Source: Epiperipatus broadwayi (Eukaryota > Animalia > Onychophora). From it: a DNA stretch of 64,000 nt. The stretch is from assembly GCA_028023455.1 (NCBI GenBank), contig JAQFVV010000006.1, positions 620,001-684,000 of the forward strand, given 5' to 3'. A program made the position numbers and the translations under genes. Below the pieces are notes generated by a model. That model was not told the DNA's origin. It made no database searches and saw only the letters and a list, made by a program, of their open reading frames with translations. How positions within the stretch are numbered: position 1 is the stretch's first letter; each line of letters starts with the position of its first letter. Positions 22,851 to 35,976 of the stretch are shown piece after piece.

Positions 22851-24622
22851 AATGACTTTGATCACACAAAAATTCACCAAAATAATAAATAACCCCACAA
22901 AATGAATTCTGTGATGGAAAAAAAAAAATACTTGAAGCTTTATATTAAGTGACTGCAAGCCTAAAATAAAATGTATGATTTTTGTCTACGGTGTGACCCT
23001 TCAAATAGTGTGTATATATTTATATATAAAATGAGACGAACAATATAAAAAGCTCCATGCATTTTTGTAGTCAAATTGAAGCAACTGATTAAATTCTAAT
23101 TTTCAAATGTAAACAATAAGAAATAAGTTAAAGCCAAAAATCTTAATCAGTATCTGTCTCACATCACGCTTTATTTTTTTTTTTCTCTTCTGCTCAACAT
23201 GCATACACACATGCACACACATACAAAAAAAAAAAATGAAAAAAAAATCGCTATTCAGGGTTGGTTTTTTTTTTTTTTTTTCAATTGGAATTTTTTTTAA
23301 TATTTTAAAAAGCATGACAATTTTACAATGGGGGAAAAAATTAAACAAAAGAAATTACAAGCCACCCCTGAAAATCATTGAATGCTAAAATTTAATTGTT
23401 TATATACTGTGGGAGAAAAGGAAAAGAAACGACAAAAGAAAAAAATATATTCTTATCAAAAGTAAAATAACAATACAACACACAGCTCGGTGAGAATACA
23501 TCATTGGAACAACAGCTACTACAATTATTAGCAATGGAAAAAAAACTTTTTCCACAAATATAGACAATTTTTTAAAAAACATCTTAGCAATAATATGCAT
23601 CTTTTTTTCCCTTGTAACAGGGTTTTAAATCTTCTCTGATGGTTTGAAACAAGTGTGTTGAAAACATGACAAGGTAAAGGGCTAAAATTTGGAGCAGGGG
23701 AGCACTAAAATGGGCGGTTTCTTCATTATTAACATTACTGTGCATTCCAACTAATTATCTTCTCGGTATATTCTAATGCTAATAAGATACCATGGAAATG
23801 GAGAAGAATGAAAATGCTGCACAATGTTACCCAAATAAAAAGTCATACTTTACAATTTAACAAACATTGAAAATATTAACAAAGAGATTAGACTCGAACG
23901 TTTAAACCACAATGGACAAAATTAAAAAAAAATAATAAACAGGAAAAAAAAAAAAAAATGCAGCAAATATTAGTTTTCTCCAATTTCCATTTAAGCTATT
24001 TTATTTATTATTTACTTTTTTTTAATAAGCCAATCTCTTTCAAAATGAATGAGACGGGGCAGATCCAAAAACTCCATGATCCAATAATGAATATTTGTTT
24101 TTAATTTTTTTTTCTTAATGACAAAAAAGTCAATTGTACAAGCAATTATTTCATTACACCAATAGAGCTTGGATAAAACAAGCACATTACCATAGCATGG
24201 CTAAATATTTTTAATAATATGATGCCTAAAATAATTAGACTTATCATATTTAAAAAGTTGGTCTCTCTAAAAATAAAAATGACTAGCAGAAATTAACAGA
24301 AAATATAATTAAAAAAAGCAAAAACTTGAACACATATTATGGAATGATTTTGTAAATGAGATTTTTTTTTTTTCCCCTAGATTAATTTTTTTTTTAAAGA
24401 AGTTAAAAGTTAGCTTAATATTTGTCATTCAAGCCATGCCATAATATGTAGCACTTGTTTCTTTTCCAAGAGGATAGATAAACAAAACGAGGAAATAAAA
24501 TGGGTTGGTGTGTCTGGACGTGAATGAATATTATATATCCACATATTATTCTACAGTCATCAATTAAACAGTAAATAATAATAATAACATGAGGCTTAGT
24601 GTAACTAAAATCCCTGTGCTTC

Positions 24623-24678
24623 TTAGGAAACATCTTGGTCTTCAACATCTTGCAACTGTTCTTTCTGTTCACCTTCAC
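24623..24678 (-). CDS. YWHAE: 14-3-3 epsilon terminal coding exon
   Basis: Reverse strand: attatAG acceptor. Translates (G)EGEQKEQLQDVEDQDVS*, the arthropod-type 14-3-3 epsilon C-terminus (QDVEDQDVS). Phase 1 matches the upstream exon. Confidence 0.95.
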
Positions 24679-26339
24679 CTATAATTACAATGTAAAAAAA
24701 AAATATTTTTTTTTTAAAAAAAAAAAACAGTTATAACAATAAACATCTTAAAAACTATTTAGGAGAAAAATAATTACCTCTTAAAATATTTTTAGTCTAC
24801 TATCTATTGAAATAATTTTTTCAAAGTAACATTGTATATAATAATACACAAATAGACAGAAACCAGTAAGAGTTAAGCTTTAATTATTAATCTACCAGTA
24901 GTAGATACTTTTATTATTGCATGAATAGTTCTAGAAATAAATATCTAAATTAAATACCTAATTAATTACTCAAATCTTTGTGCAACACAAGCATAAATGT
25001 GTATTTAATCTATAAATGTGTATGCATGTTTTTACTAGTTAATCTATTTATTCAATGTAAACATGACTGAAAAAACAATTGAATATATATAAAAAAAATT
25101 ATTAAAGAAACACTTTTATTCATATAGACGCTCTAAAAAGAAAAAAAATTATTCAGCTTTCACAATAAGAATATGGGCTACTTGATAATTTACAAGTCAG
25201 ATTTCATTTTTTATCTGAAGAAAAAAGTAGTGCTGATGAAAGAATATAGGCATTAATTGCAAGTTTATTTAAATGATTCTTTGGAAATCTGATTTGTAAG
25301 TTATCATAAACATTTTTGGCCATGAGAAAACTGGGGAAAAAATTACTTTTTAGTGCATTTTATGTAAATAAAAGCTTTTCTTTAAATTTTATTTTATATA
25401 TATATTTTATTTTCTACTTTTTATACAGTTCCAGCATTTAGAAAGAAAGAAAATTTAAATACACATTTAAAAAAGAGTACTGAATCCTAATTGTTTGCAA
25501 ACTCTCAAAAAAAAAAAAAAAAAAGTACTCTCATTGAGAATAGACATAATAGTTTCAATTAAATTTGAAAGCAAATAAAAATTGAATTACAAGATTTTAT
25601 CCATACAGATAAACAAAAAAGACTATGTTAAATAAAAGAATTACAAATACATGAACTAAATATTAGATAGAATATTAGCACCATAAAATACAGAGTAACG
25701 TTTATCTAAAAATTTGAATAAAACAGAAAAAAAAAATTATTATTACATTTATTTGATTACAAATATCATTTATATCTAATGTTTAATTATATTTGCATAA
25801 GTAATTAAATTTCATGTTATTTTATTTGTTTTCAAATTTTAAGCCTCAACTGAGTAAAAATGTTTCATTCAAGAAATACAATGTGTTGAAAAATACTGTA
25901 TACTTGCAGTTCAATAAACAATATGTATTCTATTGTAATCAGATTGATTATCAGCACAAAATACGAGCATGCAAGGAGAGAATGAACCAACATACAGTTG
26001 TTTTTGCAGCTCTATTATTTATATATTTATTGTAATCATCTGCACAAAACATATATTAATTTTTAGGATTTACCCAGGCATATAGACAAAAAAATTTTAA
26101 ATATTAGCCTATAAAAAATTTAAATCATTTATAAAATTAAATAATTATCCTCATGAAATAAAATCATAACAGTGTAAATTATACAAAAAGAGAAAGAAAA
26201 GTTCTTGAGTGTAAGAATAGTTTATTTTAGTAAATTAGTAATTGGTTAAGAGTCGGTGTCTTTGGTAAAATTAAAAAAAAAAAAAGGCAAAGAAAATTTT
26301 ATATATTAAATAATTTAAATATTCAATTTAAAAAAAAAA

Positions 26340-26710
26340 AAAAACTACTATGTTAGTGTGTATATATAAAAAGTAATATTATTTAAATACTAAATTTAAA
26401 AACGATACCAGACTAATTTTTTTGATATTGACATAATTAATCAGAAACTGGGTTGTTTTTGTTTGTGTGTGTATATATAAAAAGTAACATTTAAATACTA
26501 AATGTAAAAATAATATCAGACTAATTTGCTTTTTTAAAACAGTAATTACTAATTAGCAACTGTGTTGTTTTTGTTTGTGTGTACATATAAAAAGTAACTT
26601 GTCACGAATGAATTCTCATGAAAACGTTACTATTCGCGTAATGGTCGAAATATTGCTGTGCTGTGATCTTAAAAGCAATTTTTGAGGGTTACACATTTGT
26701 AATGGAACCT
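26340..26710 (+). repeat. Interspersed element with ~110-bp internal tandem units (copy 1)
   Basis: Core 26596-26708 is the reverse complement of 33778-33890 at roughly 75-80% by eye. About three upstream tandem units (tgtgtatatataaaaagtaa...). Confidence 0.75.
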
Positions 26711-26943
26711 TCATGACATTGTTAATAAAGTTACAGTAGGTTAGAGCACTTGAAAAAAAATACCTTTGTAATGAAATTTTAAATAATTGTGACAGGCTAA
26801 AATCCACACCCTCTCACATGAAACTATAGAGAAAATAGACATTCTAGCATTACGACAAAGTGAAAAACAACCAACTACAGCAACCAATAAAGGCATTTGT
26901 CTGTGCTTTTAGCAAAGAAAAAAGCCAGGTGGCTTGTCGGCGG

Positions 26944-27250
26944 GGACTCTGTGTTTTATCGTAAGAAAGAAGCTTCTTGGGTTGGCTGAGGCCGCGAAAC
27001 CCACCACAGGGACTCTTTCTGTATTTTATTGTAGAAAGAAGCCTCTTGGGGTTGGGTGAGGCCGTGAAATGATATATTTCTAGGAATTTACCTAGAAATA
27101 GCACAGTCATGCGGTTGACATGATAGAACAGGACTCTTTCTGTGTTTTATCATAGAAAGAAACCATTTGGGTTGGGTGAGGCTGCTGAAATGGTACATTT
27201 CTAGAAATTTATATAGAAATAGCACAGTCATGCAGTTGACACGATAGAAT
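26944..27250. repeat. Three-unit tandem repeat (66/121/~120 bp)
   Basis: Units start GGACTCT at 26944, 27010 and 27131, sharing gttttat..tagaaaga...gggttgggtgaggc..gaaa. Units 2 and 3 also share tagaaatagcacagtcatgc.gttgaca.gatagaa. Confidence 0.85.
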
Positions 27251-27899
27251 AAAAAACAACCTAAAATTTACATAGGCCAGTTGGTAAACAAGTTCAATTG
27301 AATGAATTCTTTCAGAAAAATTACAATCAGGTATTTTCATTTGAATATTTATATAAAAAAAAATTATAAAAAAACCATAGACTGAAAAAAAAAAAGAGGA
27401 ATAAAATACTCTATATGCAGTAGGACATGGTTAAATTCCAAAAAAAGGTGATATAAAACTTAAGACTATGTGGTAAATTCGAACTGTTTTTTCTTTTTGT
27501 AAAACAAGTATATATTAGAGATGGTACTAAAATGGACAACTATTCAACTTTAAAAAAGATATCAACTAGAGCATTTGAAAATTGATAGCGATATAATTGA
27601 CCACATATAGCCAGTAAGAGTTAATAAAATAAGTCTTACAATAAAATTTGAAACACTATTAAGATAGATCAATTATGGGAGTAGTAGTACGATGAGGGCA
27701 TGTTTTAAATGAATTTTACTGATAAATTTACTGGTCTAATTCCAGCATGTGTATATATATATAATAGGAAATTTATGAACCTATCTCAGTTCAAATTTTC
27801 TCATGATTTAATGGTGTCAAACATAATGATTAAAATTTTTCCCGGTCTAGTTTTTGCTGTACAAATATAGAATTAAACAGTAAGACAGTACAAGATATA

Positions 27900-28881
27900 T
27901 ACACCTGGGTCTCATTTTACGCGATAGATAGGTTCCTCAGAAAACACGCACAAACAAAATCGTGCAAAAATAGACGTACCTTACATTGAAAAGGGGGGGG
28001 TGCGGTCTGTGATTTTTCAAAAATCGCTTAAAAGCAAAGCACCAACGTAAAATTACTTTAAAATTCGCGCAAAAAAAAAAATAAGGAAATAAAATATGAC
28101 TAATAAAAAATTTCAAATTTGAAAAAAATTGATACAAGACAAACTTTTTTTAACTATAATATTTAATTTTATTCAAAATAATATATTTTTATGCATAATT
28201 TACAGTACAGTAATTTACATTTTTTTATACACGTTTTAATTATTATCGCTATTTGCCGATAAACAGGTTCGTTTGCAAACTGGTAAAAAATCAGATTCTT
28301 CACAAGAGGAAATACAACTAGCGCCAACTTCACTCTCATGTTGTGTTAATGGTTTTCTGGTGACAACGTAATTAGTAATTAATCTTTGTACTTATTAAAT
28401 TGTTAATTACAATTAAAAATCAGATTTTAATTTTTAATTGTCAAATTTAATTGTGCCCACTGCTATTACTCACCTTTTAAAAATAAACTTGCGGACACTA
28501 AATGATTAATAATTGATTACGTTCTTTTTTAAAAAGCAAAAACAGAATGTGATTTAAAATGCAAAATTAACACGCACAATGTTTGAACAAATTACATTAT
28601 AATCTTGTAAAATTTAATGTGTGTATACATAAAATGTGGAAATCATGATTTTAATTTCATTATTGCATACAATCTTACTATTAAAGCACTGAAAATATTG
28701 AAATTACTAAGATGAAAGTCGAATTCCAATAATGTGCTATTACTTTCAATATGACGTAAGTGCGCGAAATTTATTATTTAAAGTAATAGTGCATTATCGG
28801 AGTTCGACTTCCAAAGAAACATGAATCACGTAACTTCAAAATCGTGTTAAATAAGTCCGCGTAAAAAGAGACCCAGGTGCA
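27900..28881. mobile_element. pogo/Tigger-like MITE
   Basis: 23-bp TIRs with 2 mismatches: TACACCTGGGTCTCATTTTACGC (27900-27922) and GCGTAAAAAGAGACCCAGGTGCA (28859-28881). No coding capacity seen. Confidence 0.8.
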
Positions 28882-29349
28882 CTAATTATAAAGATCAACA
28901 AAAGAATAAAAAAAAAAATACTTGTTATTCAGTAGCAAGAGCAAAAAATGTTTATAAAAAGATAATGAACAGATTAAAACATAAATAAGGTAATTTATTA
29001 ATTATTAATTTAGTTATTTACCAAATATTTTTCTTTTATTTTTATATAGGACAGTGGTGCGGAATCTTTTGTGAGCATGATAAAAATTTACAATTATATT
29101 TACCGAATTACTGACACATCAAGCAGGTTTTAATGGAGAAAAAAATAGTAGAAAAATAATTATTGATTATTTTAAAAATTAACATAGAATTTACACAGTT
29201 GAACTGCCATAAACAAACTTTTGAATCAGATTTTCACTTTTAATAGTATACAAGCTGTACTAGATTCATCAGTCATTCTATTTCTCAATCTATCTTTTAT
29301 AAAATTAATTTATGAATTTAACAATATATATGCATAAATAGAAAAAAAA

Positions 29350-30900
29350 TTGATAATACAGATGACACCAATGTGGTTCAGATAATGGCATTTCACATTT
29401 TTAAAATTTCTTCTCCAGCATTATACTCAATAATTCATTACTTTCAATCATTTCCAAGTCACTTCTCAAATCAACATTTTCTAATAACTTCTTTGAAAAT
29501 CAATTAATTGCAATTCCACATCATCCAAATTCAACCACTCGAAACGTTTTTAAATGTAATTTATTTCCTATGTTATATCTGGATTTAGAATAAAATTTGA
29601 TGTTTTTTTTTGTTTTTTTTAAATTGCCTGAACTACATAATTTATTGATCATGAAATGAATTACAATAAAAAACTACTGCCAAATAATATCAATTTGATT
29701 TCACGTAAGATTCTATATCCACCAAAAAATTGCTTTATACTTGGAAAATATTTATAAGAATTTGAAATAGATTACTAATTTCTAATTTAGTTTTGAACGT
29801 TTTGATTAAATCAAACATGATAATGACAGTTTTATTAACATCTTGCAGTTTAATATTTAATTCATTTAAAAGGAGACACAAATTTCAAAAGTCATTTAGA
29901 CACCATTAACTATTGATCAATGATGTTCTCATTATATAAAAAAATTTAATTCCCTCTAAAGATTCAACAAATCTTTGTAGAACATTTACACACCTTAATC
30001 AACAGATATTGTATGTAAGTAAACTATAATATGATGAGTATACTTCATTTAAATGAATAACAGAAATTTTCATTTATTTAAAATATGAGCAGAAAGAAAA
30101 ATGACTAATTATGTTGCAAAGCTCATGTCTTCTAATATCTTGAAAAACTAGCCTTGGCACATAAAACTTACAATGAAATCCTAGAACTGAATATAAAGTA
30201 CAACTGTTAAATGAATTGACAAAATCATTTTCCTGCCCAATCATACTGCATCATCAGTTATTAATATAATTTTGGAAAGGTTTCTTTTTCAGCTAATACA
30301 TCTATAACTGTATTGCAAATAGCTATTCCTATTATTGTTGTTGCTAATAATGATAAATTGATTAATTCTTCCTTATTGCTTTCAATAATGGGGGAAAAAA
30401 TTGCTCAACAAGCTGATCCTGTTATGTCAGTAGTCTCAGCTAAACAAAGAATAAATGACACTGGAAGGTTTTATATACATTTTTTACAATGGGTTATACT
30501 TTTAATCATTCCCAAGATTCTATCTTTTATTATATTTCTAATCAAAGGCATATCTTTTAATCTTTGAATATTTTTTTATTTCCAAAATTATCAAAAAAAA
30601 AACAGTACATATCTTAACTAGGCATCTTTGAGATATTCTCCATCATCAAACATTTTCCCAATGTTTAATAATTATGTTTAAAGTAAAATAACTAGCAGCA
30701 GTTATATTTAACTAACAGCCAATATATTTAATTGGGTATGTTTTCAGGGTATTTCTATTCTTAATAGACCCTGTAATAATTTTTTTTTTTTTCTTTTATC
30801 AAGAGATTTATGGATAGTTTCTTAAGGTTGTTTTATTGCAGAGGTTCTGCCTACTACTGATTCTATAATATAAAATACAAACCATTTTCTTGCTATTATT
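29350..30900 (-). mobile_element. hAT (Buster/Charlie, GTF2IRD2-like) transposase relic
   Basis: On -: LCLAETTDITGSA (LDETTD-like, 30410-30450), ITDDA..LGRK (TDGA..M.GK-like, 30229-30262), LLTYNIC*LRCVNVLQR (VRWLS.G.VL.RF-like, 29975-30022), in the expected order. Confidence 0.6.
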
Positions 30901-32175
30901 AATCATAACATATTCTATTGTCCATTAGCTTTGGAATTCTCTGCTACTTTATTCCATTAATTTTTGTTTTTTATTTACATTGGTTATGTTAAATAGATCA
31001 GCAAAAAAATTTTACAATAAAAAAAAAAAAATATTGAAAAAAATCTTAGTAAAAACTAATTTTTAAAATGCATCCAGTGTCCGTTTCTGTATTATGTTTG
31101 ATGAGAAATGTAGAAGAGACAAAGAGTTCATTAAGGAAATAAAAATCAATTTTTGCTAATTTCCCTCACAAAATAAAATTTTGTAATAATGATTAATAAA
31201 TAATTTTAATAAAATATAGGGTAATATATCATTTATGCATGCTTTACATCTGGAATATATACCAAAGCCAATAGAGAGTCTTCTCCCCATTTCTTTGATT
31301 TCAGAAAAATCGTTTGGACATGAAAATAAGGAACAAAAGATAAATTCTCACAAGGAAAAATATTAAAAACTTTAGTGGTGTTGGGACACATATTTGCATG
31401 ATTTTTTTTCTTCACATGGGAATTTATTTTAAAATTGGTATATAAATAAATATAAGTCACTGTACATGTATATTTAAAACAAAGTAAGATCACAAATTAT
31501 AAAATTAAATCACTATAAATAAAATAAAAAACAACACATGGGGGAAATTTAAATTTTTGATTTTATATTTGCAAGTTTTTGTGAAAAATTGTCCCGATTC
31601 ATTATGCAAACATATTTTGAAATAAAAAGTTTTGGTAACATGCAATCAGAAAGTAACTCATTTTCATCATCAAAAATGATGTAGAATAAATTCTTATAAG
31701 CCTTCAAAGATCAGCTTTAACTCTATACAATGTTGAGTTCTGTCAATTTCCTCAGTTTATAATTCACTGGCTGTTGTATCAATTTCTTCTGCAAACTTCT
31801 TTAATTACATAATCTTAGATATCACTTTTTTATTTCAAAAAATTAGGCATTTTTTTGCAAAAGTTAATAAAAAAACAATTTCATATTAATAAATAGATGG
31901 CCATAAATGTAAGAAATTAAACACACTTCAAACCATTAAAAGTTCAAGTAATCTTGGACATTATTTTCACATCTCATATTTGTATCAGTTATCCTTTCAA
32001 ATGTAAGACAAAAATAATAGGGATTTAAAACAATTTTCACTTGATCCATGGGTTGAATGATGTGTCAGATAGCAAAATTGCAATTAACATTGCTACAGTT
32101 AATGAAAATGCACAATGTGTCAGCATGGTCTTAAAATCTAGATTTTTTTAAGACCTTTTACTTCTGCTAGAAAAT

Positions 32176-33068
32176 ATACAGTGTATATCAGTATGGTTGA
32201 CTGATTCTATACAAGTTACTCTGAATCGACGTCTTATGTAGTGAGTTAAGCTATATACCACAAAATTTTCAAGATGTTAGTGTGCGTGGATCACAAGTTA
32301 CAACAGACAATCCATGACATAAATAACATGCTAACATTAAATTTTGTTTTAAATTGAGAAAAACTGCTACTGAAACATATGAAATCATTCAAATTGTGTA
32401 TAGCAGTAAAAAACATGAGGTGCAATAAATAATGTTTCAAGCAATTAGCAAAATTTCATGATAGCAGTGAAGACGAGCCATAGCTAGGCATATCAAAAGC
32501 AACTGGAAATGAAAACATTCAAATTGCCAAAATTCTTCAAACTGATCATTAGAGTGTCAAACTCATTGTGAAACTCAAATGCCATCCCTAAATCCACTAA
32601 TTATTGGACTTGAACAGAAAAAATAAAAAAGCATGTGAGTGTATGCTTTGTGCTCACTTATTAAAAATTGAGTAAAAAAGATACCATAGTAGACGTGTGG
32701 CAGAAGCATAAACTGTTAAGATTGCAGACAACTTTTTGGCCAAAAACCAAAAAAAAAAGAACCAAATATTGTGCATGGACACCCACCCTATTCTCCAGAT
32801 TTAACTTTTTGCTGACTTTGGACTATTTTGAAAATTAAAGTTGTTCGTGAAAAGAGCATGATATATTCAAGACATACAGAAGATTACAATAAAATTTCTA
32901 TAAATAATTCTGGCAGAAAATTTCAAGAACTCTTGAAACAGTTTTACAAATGTTCCAGCAGTGTATTGAGTCACAAGAAGACTATTTTGAATAATCAATA
33001 ATAAAGCAAAACATAAATAATGCCTTGTTTTATTTTCCATAAGTCATCTTTTTTCTGGGATACACCGT
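32176..33068 (+). mobile_element. mariner transposase relic
   Basis: HPPYSPDL at 32780-32803 and C-terminal CIESQEDYFE* at 32962-32994. TIR-like right end ...ctgggatacaccgttta. Confidence 0.75.
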
Positions 33069-33777
33069 TTACGTTAAAACGTTTCCAACTTAAATCTCTC
33101 TTTTATTAGATTTTTACACAGCTTTTAATGATGACATGGAAGGCTGAGTTTTTTGGTCTAGTCTACATTTCAATTATTTATCATTATAAGCACTGCCACT
33201 TAACAAATAATGTTACACAATTTTTTAATGTTTTAAATTCAAAAGCATTTCTTTTTGTGAACATTTCCAACAATGTTCCATCAAAATTAATAATTTCTTT
33301 GCAAATATAGTTAGTATCTTTAATCAAAAGCTTTAGCAGCATCAACATTAGCATATGCACTTTTTCCTGGACAAAGTTTTGAAAGCAAAATAAATTATTA
33401 TATGCAGAAAAACTTTTGCTCTATTAAGTTCCTTGTAAATATTAATATTCAAAGACAATACTTTTGCTTAAAGAATAATCTGACAGGTATAAGCAACTGA
33501 AAAATACTTTCAATTCAGACAGATAAATTCCATTAACTTCATAATGTTGCCTTTTTCCCAAGTTTATTTAGCAATTGAATGTTAAAAATGTGCAATTTTT
33601 GCTTTTAGCTCGTTTTTAAGTTAAATGAAAGCGAACTCGGGAATTTCTATATGTTGATCAATATCTGTATTTTGTTATCTTTTTCTTTTGACAACTTATG
33701 AATTTAAATTTAAGCTGTAACTATAGCATTTTCCCCAAAAACTGATAATATTGAATAACTAGTAAAATGCAACAATA

Positions 33778-34480
33778 GCTCCATTACGTATGGGTAACCC
33801 TCAAAAATTGCTTTTAAAGGTGCAACAGAGCAGTATTTTGACGATCATGCAAAAAGTAATGTTTTCGCGAGAATTCGTCCGTGACAAGTTAATGTTGATA
33901 TATACGCACAAACAAAAACAACCCAGTGTCTGATTATTAATTACTGTCCAAAAAAAAAAAGAAAATTAGTCTAGTATTATTTTTATATTTACTATTTAAA
34001 TAAGATTAGTTTTTATATGTACACACATTAACAAAAACCCAGATTAATTATTACTGTCGAAAAAAAAGTCGGGTGTCATTTTTAAATTTAGTATTTCAAT
34101 AACGGTACCTTTTTATATATACACACTAACAAAAAAAACCCACTTTCTGATTCACTACTGTCAAAAAAAAAGCAAATTAGTCGGGTATCATTTGTAAATT
34201 GAGTATTTCAATGACGGTACTTTTTATATATGTGCATTAACAAAAAGAACCCACTTTCTGATTAATTACTGTCAAAAAAAAGGGCAAATTACTAGAGTAT
34301 CATTTTTAAATTTAGCGTGAATGTAGAAATTTTGTGTAAATTGAAAAATGTATAATTGCGTCTTATTTTCTATTTAAAAAAATACCTAACTTTTTATAGA
34401 TATACACACAAACAAAAACAACTTATTTTATGATTAATTACTGTCCAAAAAAATAAATGCTTCGGGTATCATTTTTAAAT
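33778..34480 (-). repeat. Interspersed element with ~110-bp internal tandem units (copy 2, inverted to copy 1)
   Basis: About five units starting aacaaaaa..accc...ctgatt..ttactgtc..aaaaa at ~33912, 34030, 34127, 34238 and 34410. Core homologous to 26596-26708. Confidence 0.75.
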
Positions 34481-34652
34481 TTAATGTGAATTTCTTGTTC
34501 TTTATAACCACAGTAAAAATGTTTTTTAAAATATTTATTTGTCATATATGCGTAAATCAATATTCTTATCACTTATTACTTCATTGTTAATTTATCTAAA
34601 ACATTTTAAACATAATTTAAATTCATCTATAAACATTCTATCATCAATAAAT

Positions 34653-35000
34653 TGATGGTCTGCATATTGTTAATAATTTGACTTTTTTGGTATTTAATTC
34701 AGGTTACATTAATGATTATAGGCCACAGCTGCAAATTCTAAGCCAACTATTACATAGTAAATACATAGTAAACTTAATTACTTTAACTGCATATAAACCA
34801 ATAATAGGAAATATTCATATTCTATAATCATAATCTGGTGGTCTGTATATTGTTAGTAACAAGACTTTTCTGGTATTTAATTCAAATGTTACAATAATAA
34901 TAACTGGCCACAGCTGCAAATCTTAAGCCAACCATTACATAGTACATGTTTTTAACTGTGCATATAAATCAATATTAGGAATCTGTCTATTCATAACATT
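34653..35000. repeat. ~183-bp tandem duplication
   Basis: tg.tggtctg.atattgtta at 34653 and 34836; both copies contain ggtatttaattca and ggccacagctgcaaat..taagccaac.attacatagta. Confidence 0.85.
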
Positions 35001-35632
35001 TTTAATTTAATATGTATAATTAGTTTATTCATATAGTGAACTTTGTTCCACATAATAAGAATCTACTATATTGACTTTTGCTATTATCATTTATTTTTGT
35101 CGCTCATTTAAAATGTAAACAAAAAAGAAAATAAATAGAATAAACATGAATAATAATAATTAAAAAGTAATAACTTTTTATTAAAAAACTTAAAAAAAAA
35201 AAGGATATTAAACTTGGTGTATACTTTACTATAAGATGAAAAATCTAATTAGAAGGATATAAAATTTAAATTTATTAATGTAATATCAGATTTGTCAAGT
35301 CCATAATTAATTCTGAATCTATATGTCATCAAGAAAATGGATATTTTTTTGCTGATTTCTATCAAAAATTATTATATTAATAAATTTTGTATATTCATGC
35401 ATATATTATTAAAAATTATTTTATTCCAATTCCTTTAATCCTATTATTTTATGTGATTATTTTATAGTGCAGTATTTTAAAAATAACTCATTAATTACTT
35501 TAGAATCCACACACACACACATATATATATCAATGCATTTAGATCTTACATTATATATTATCTTAAGATTAAAATTAATAAATATAAGTAATAAACCATT
35601 ACAAATACGTAACATTTTAAAAATCAACTTAC

Positions 35633-35976
35633 CATCGCCTTGCATATCTGATGTCCACAAGGTTAAATTATCACGCAATAATTGCATTATGAGCGTTGAG
35701 TCCTTGTAGCTCTCTTCACTGAGCGTGTCTAGTTCGGCGATTGCGTCATCAAACGCTGCCTTCGCCAACCGGCAGGCGCGGTCTGGAGAGTTTAGGATCT
35801 CGTAATAAAATACAGAGAAATTAAGTGCCAAACCCAGACGAATAGGATGGGTTGGTGGGAGTTCTGTCATGGCTATGTCACTGGCAGCCTTATATGCCAC
35901 TAAACTATTTTCTGCTGCCTCTTTTCTATCATTACCTGTAGCAAATTCCGCTAAATACCGGTGGTAATCTCCTTTC
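35633..35976 (-). CDS. YWHAE: 14-3-3 epsilon coding exon (344 nt)
   Basis: Reverse strand: ttttAG acceptor and GTAAG donor. Translates (M)[114 protein letters not shown]. Epsilon-type residues ([20 protein letters not shown]). Confidence 0.98.

Noticed and set aside
23103-23600. Short F/K/I-rich ORFs from the ORF track here and elsewhere (e.g. 20397, 37754, 49318)
   Set aside because: Low-complexity products of A/T homopolymers or antisense frames of TE relics; no splice context or domain motifs.
33130-33700. Faint hAT dimerisation-domain-like translation on - and hAT N-terminal-like translation at 36640-36900 on +
   Set aside because: Similarity requires several frameshifts and is too weak to support by eye; needs a translated HMM search.
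35457-35632. C-terminal extension of the ORF-track 14-3-3 ORF ([10 protein letters not shown]...)
   Set aside because: Read-through into the intron past a canonical GTAAG donor. The true C-terminus is encoded at 24623-24678.
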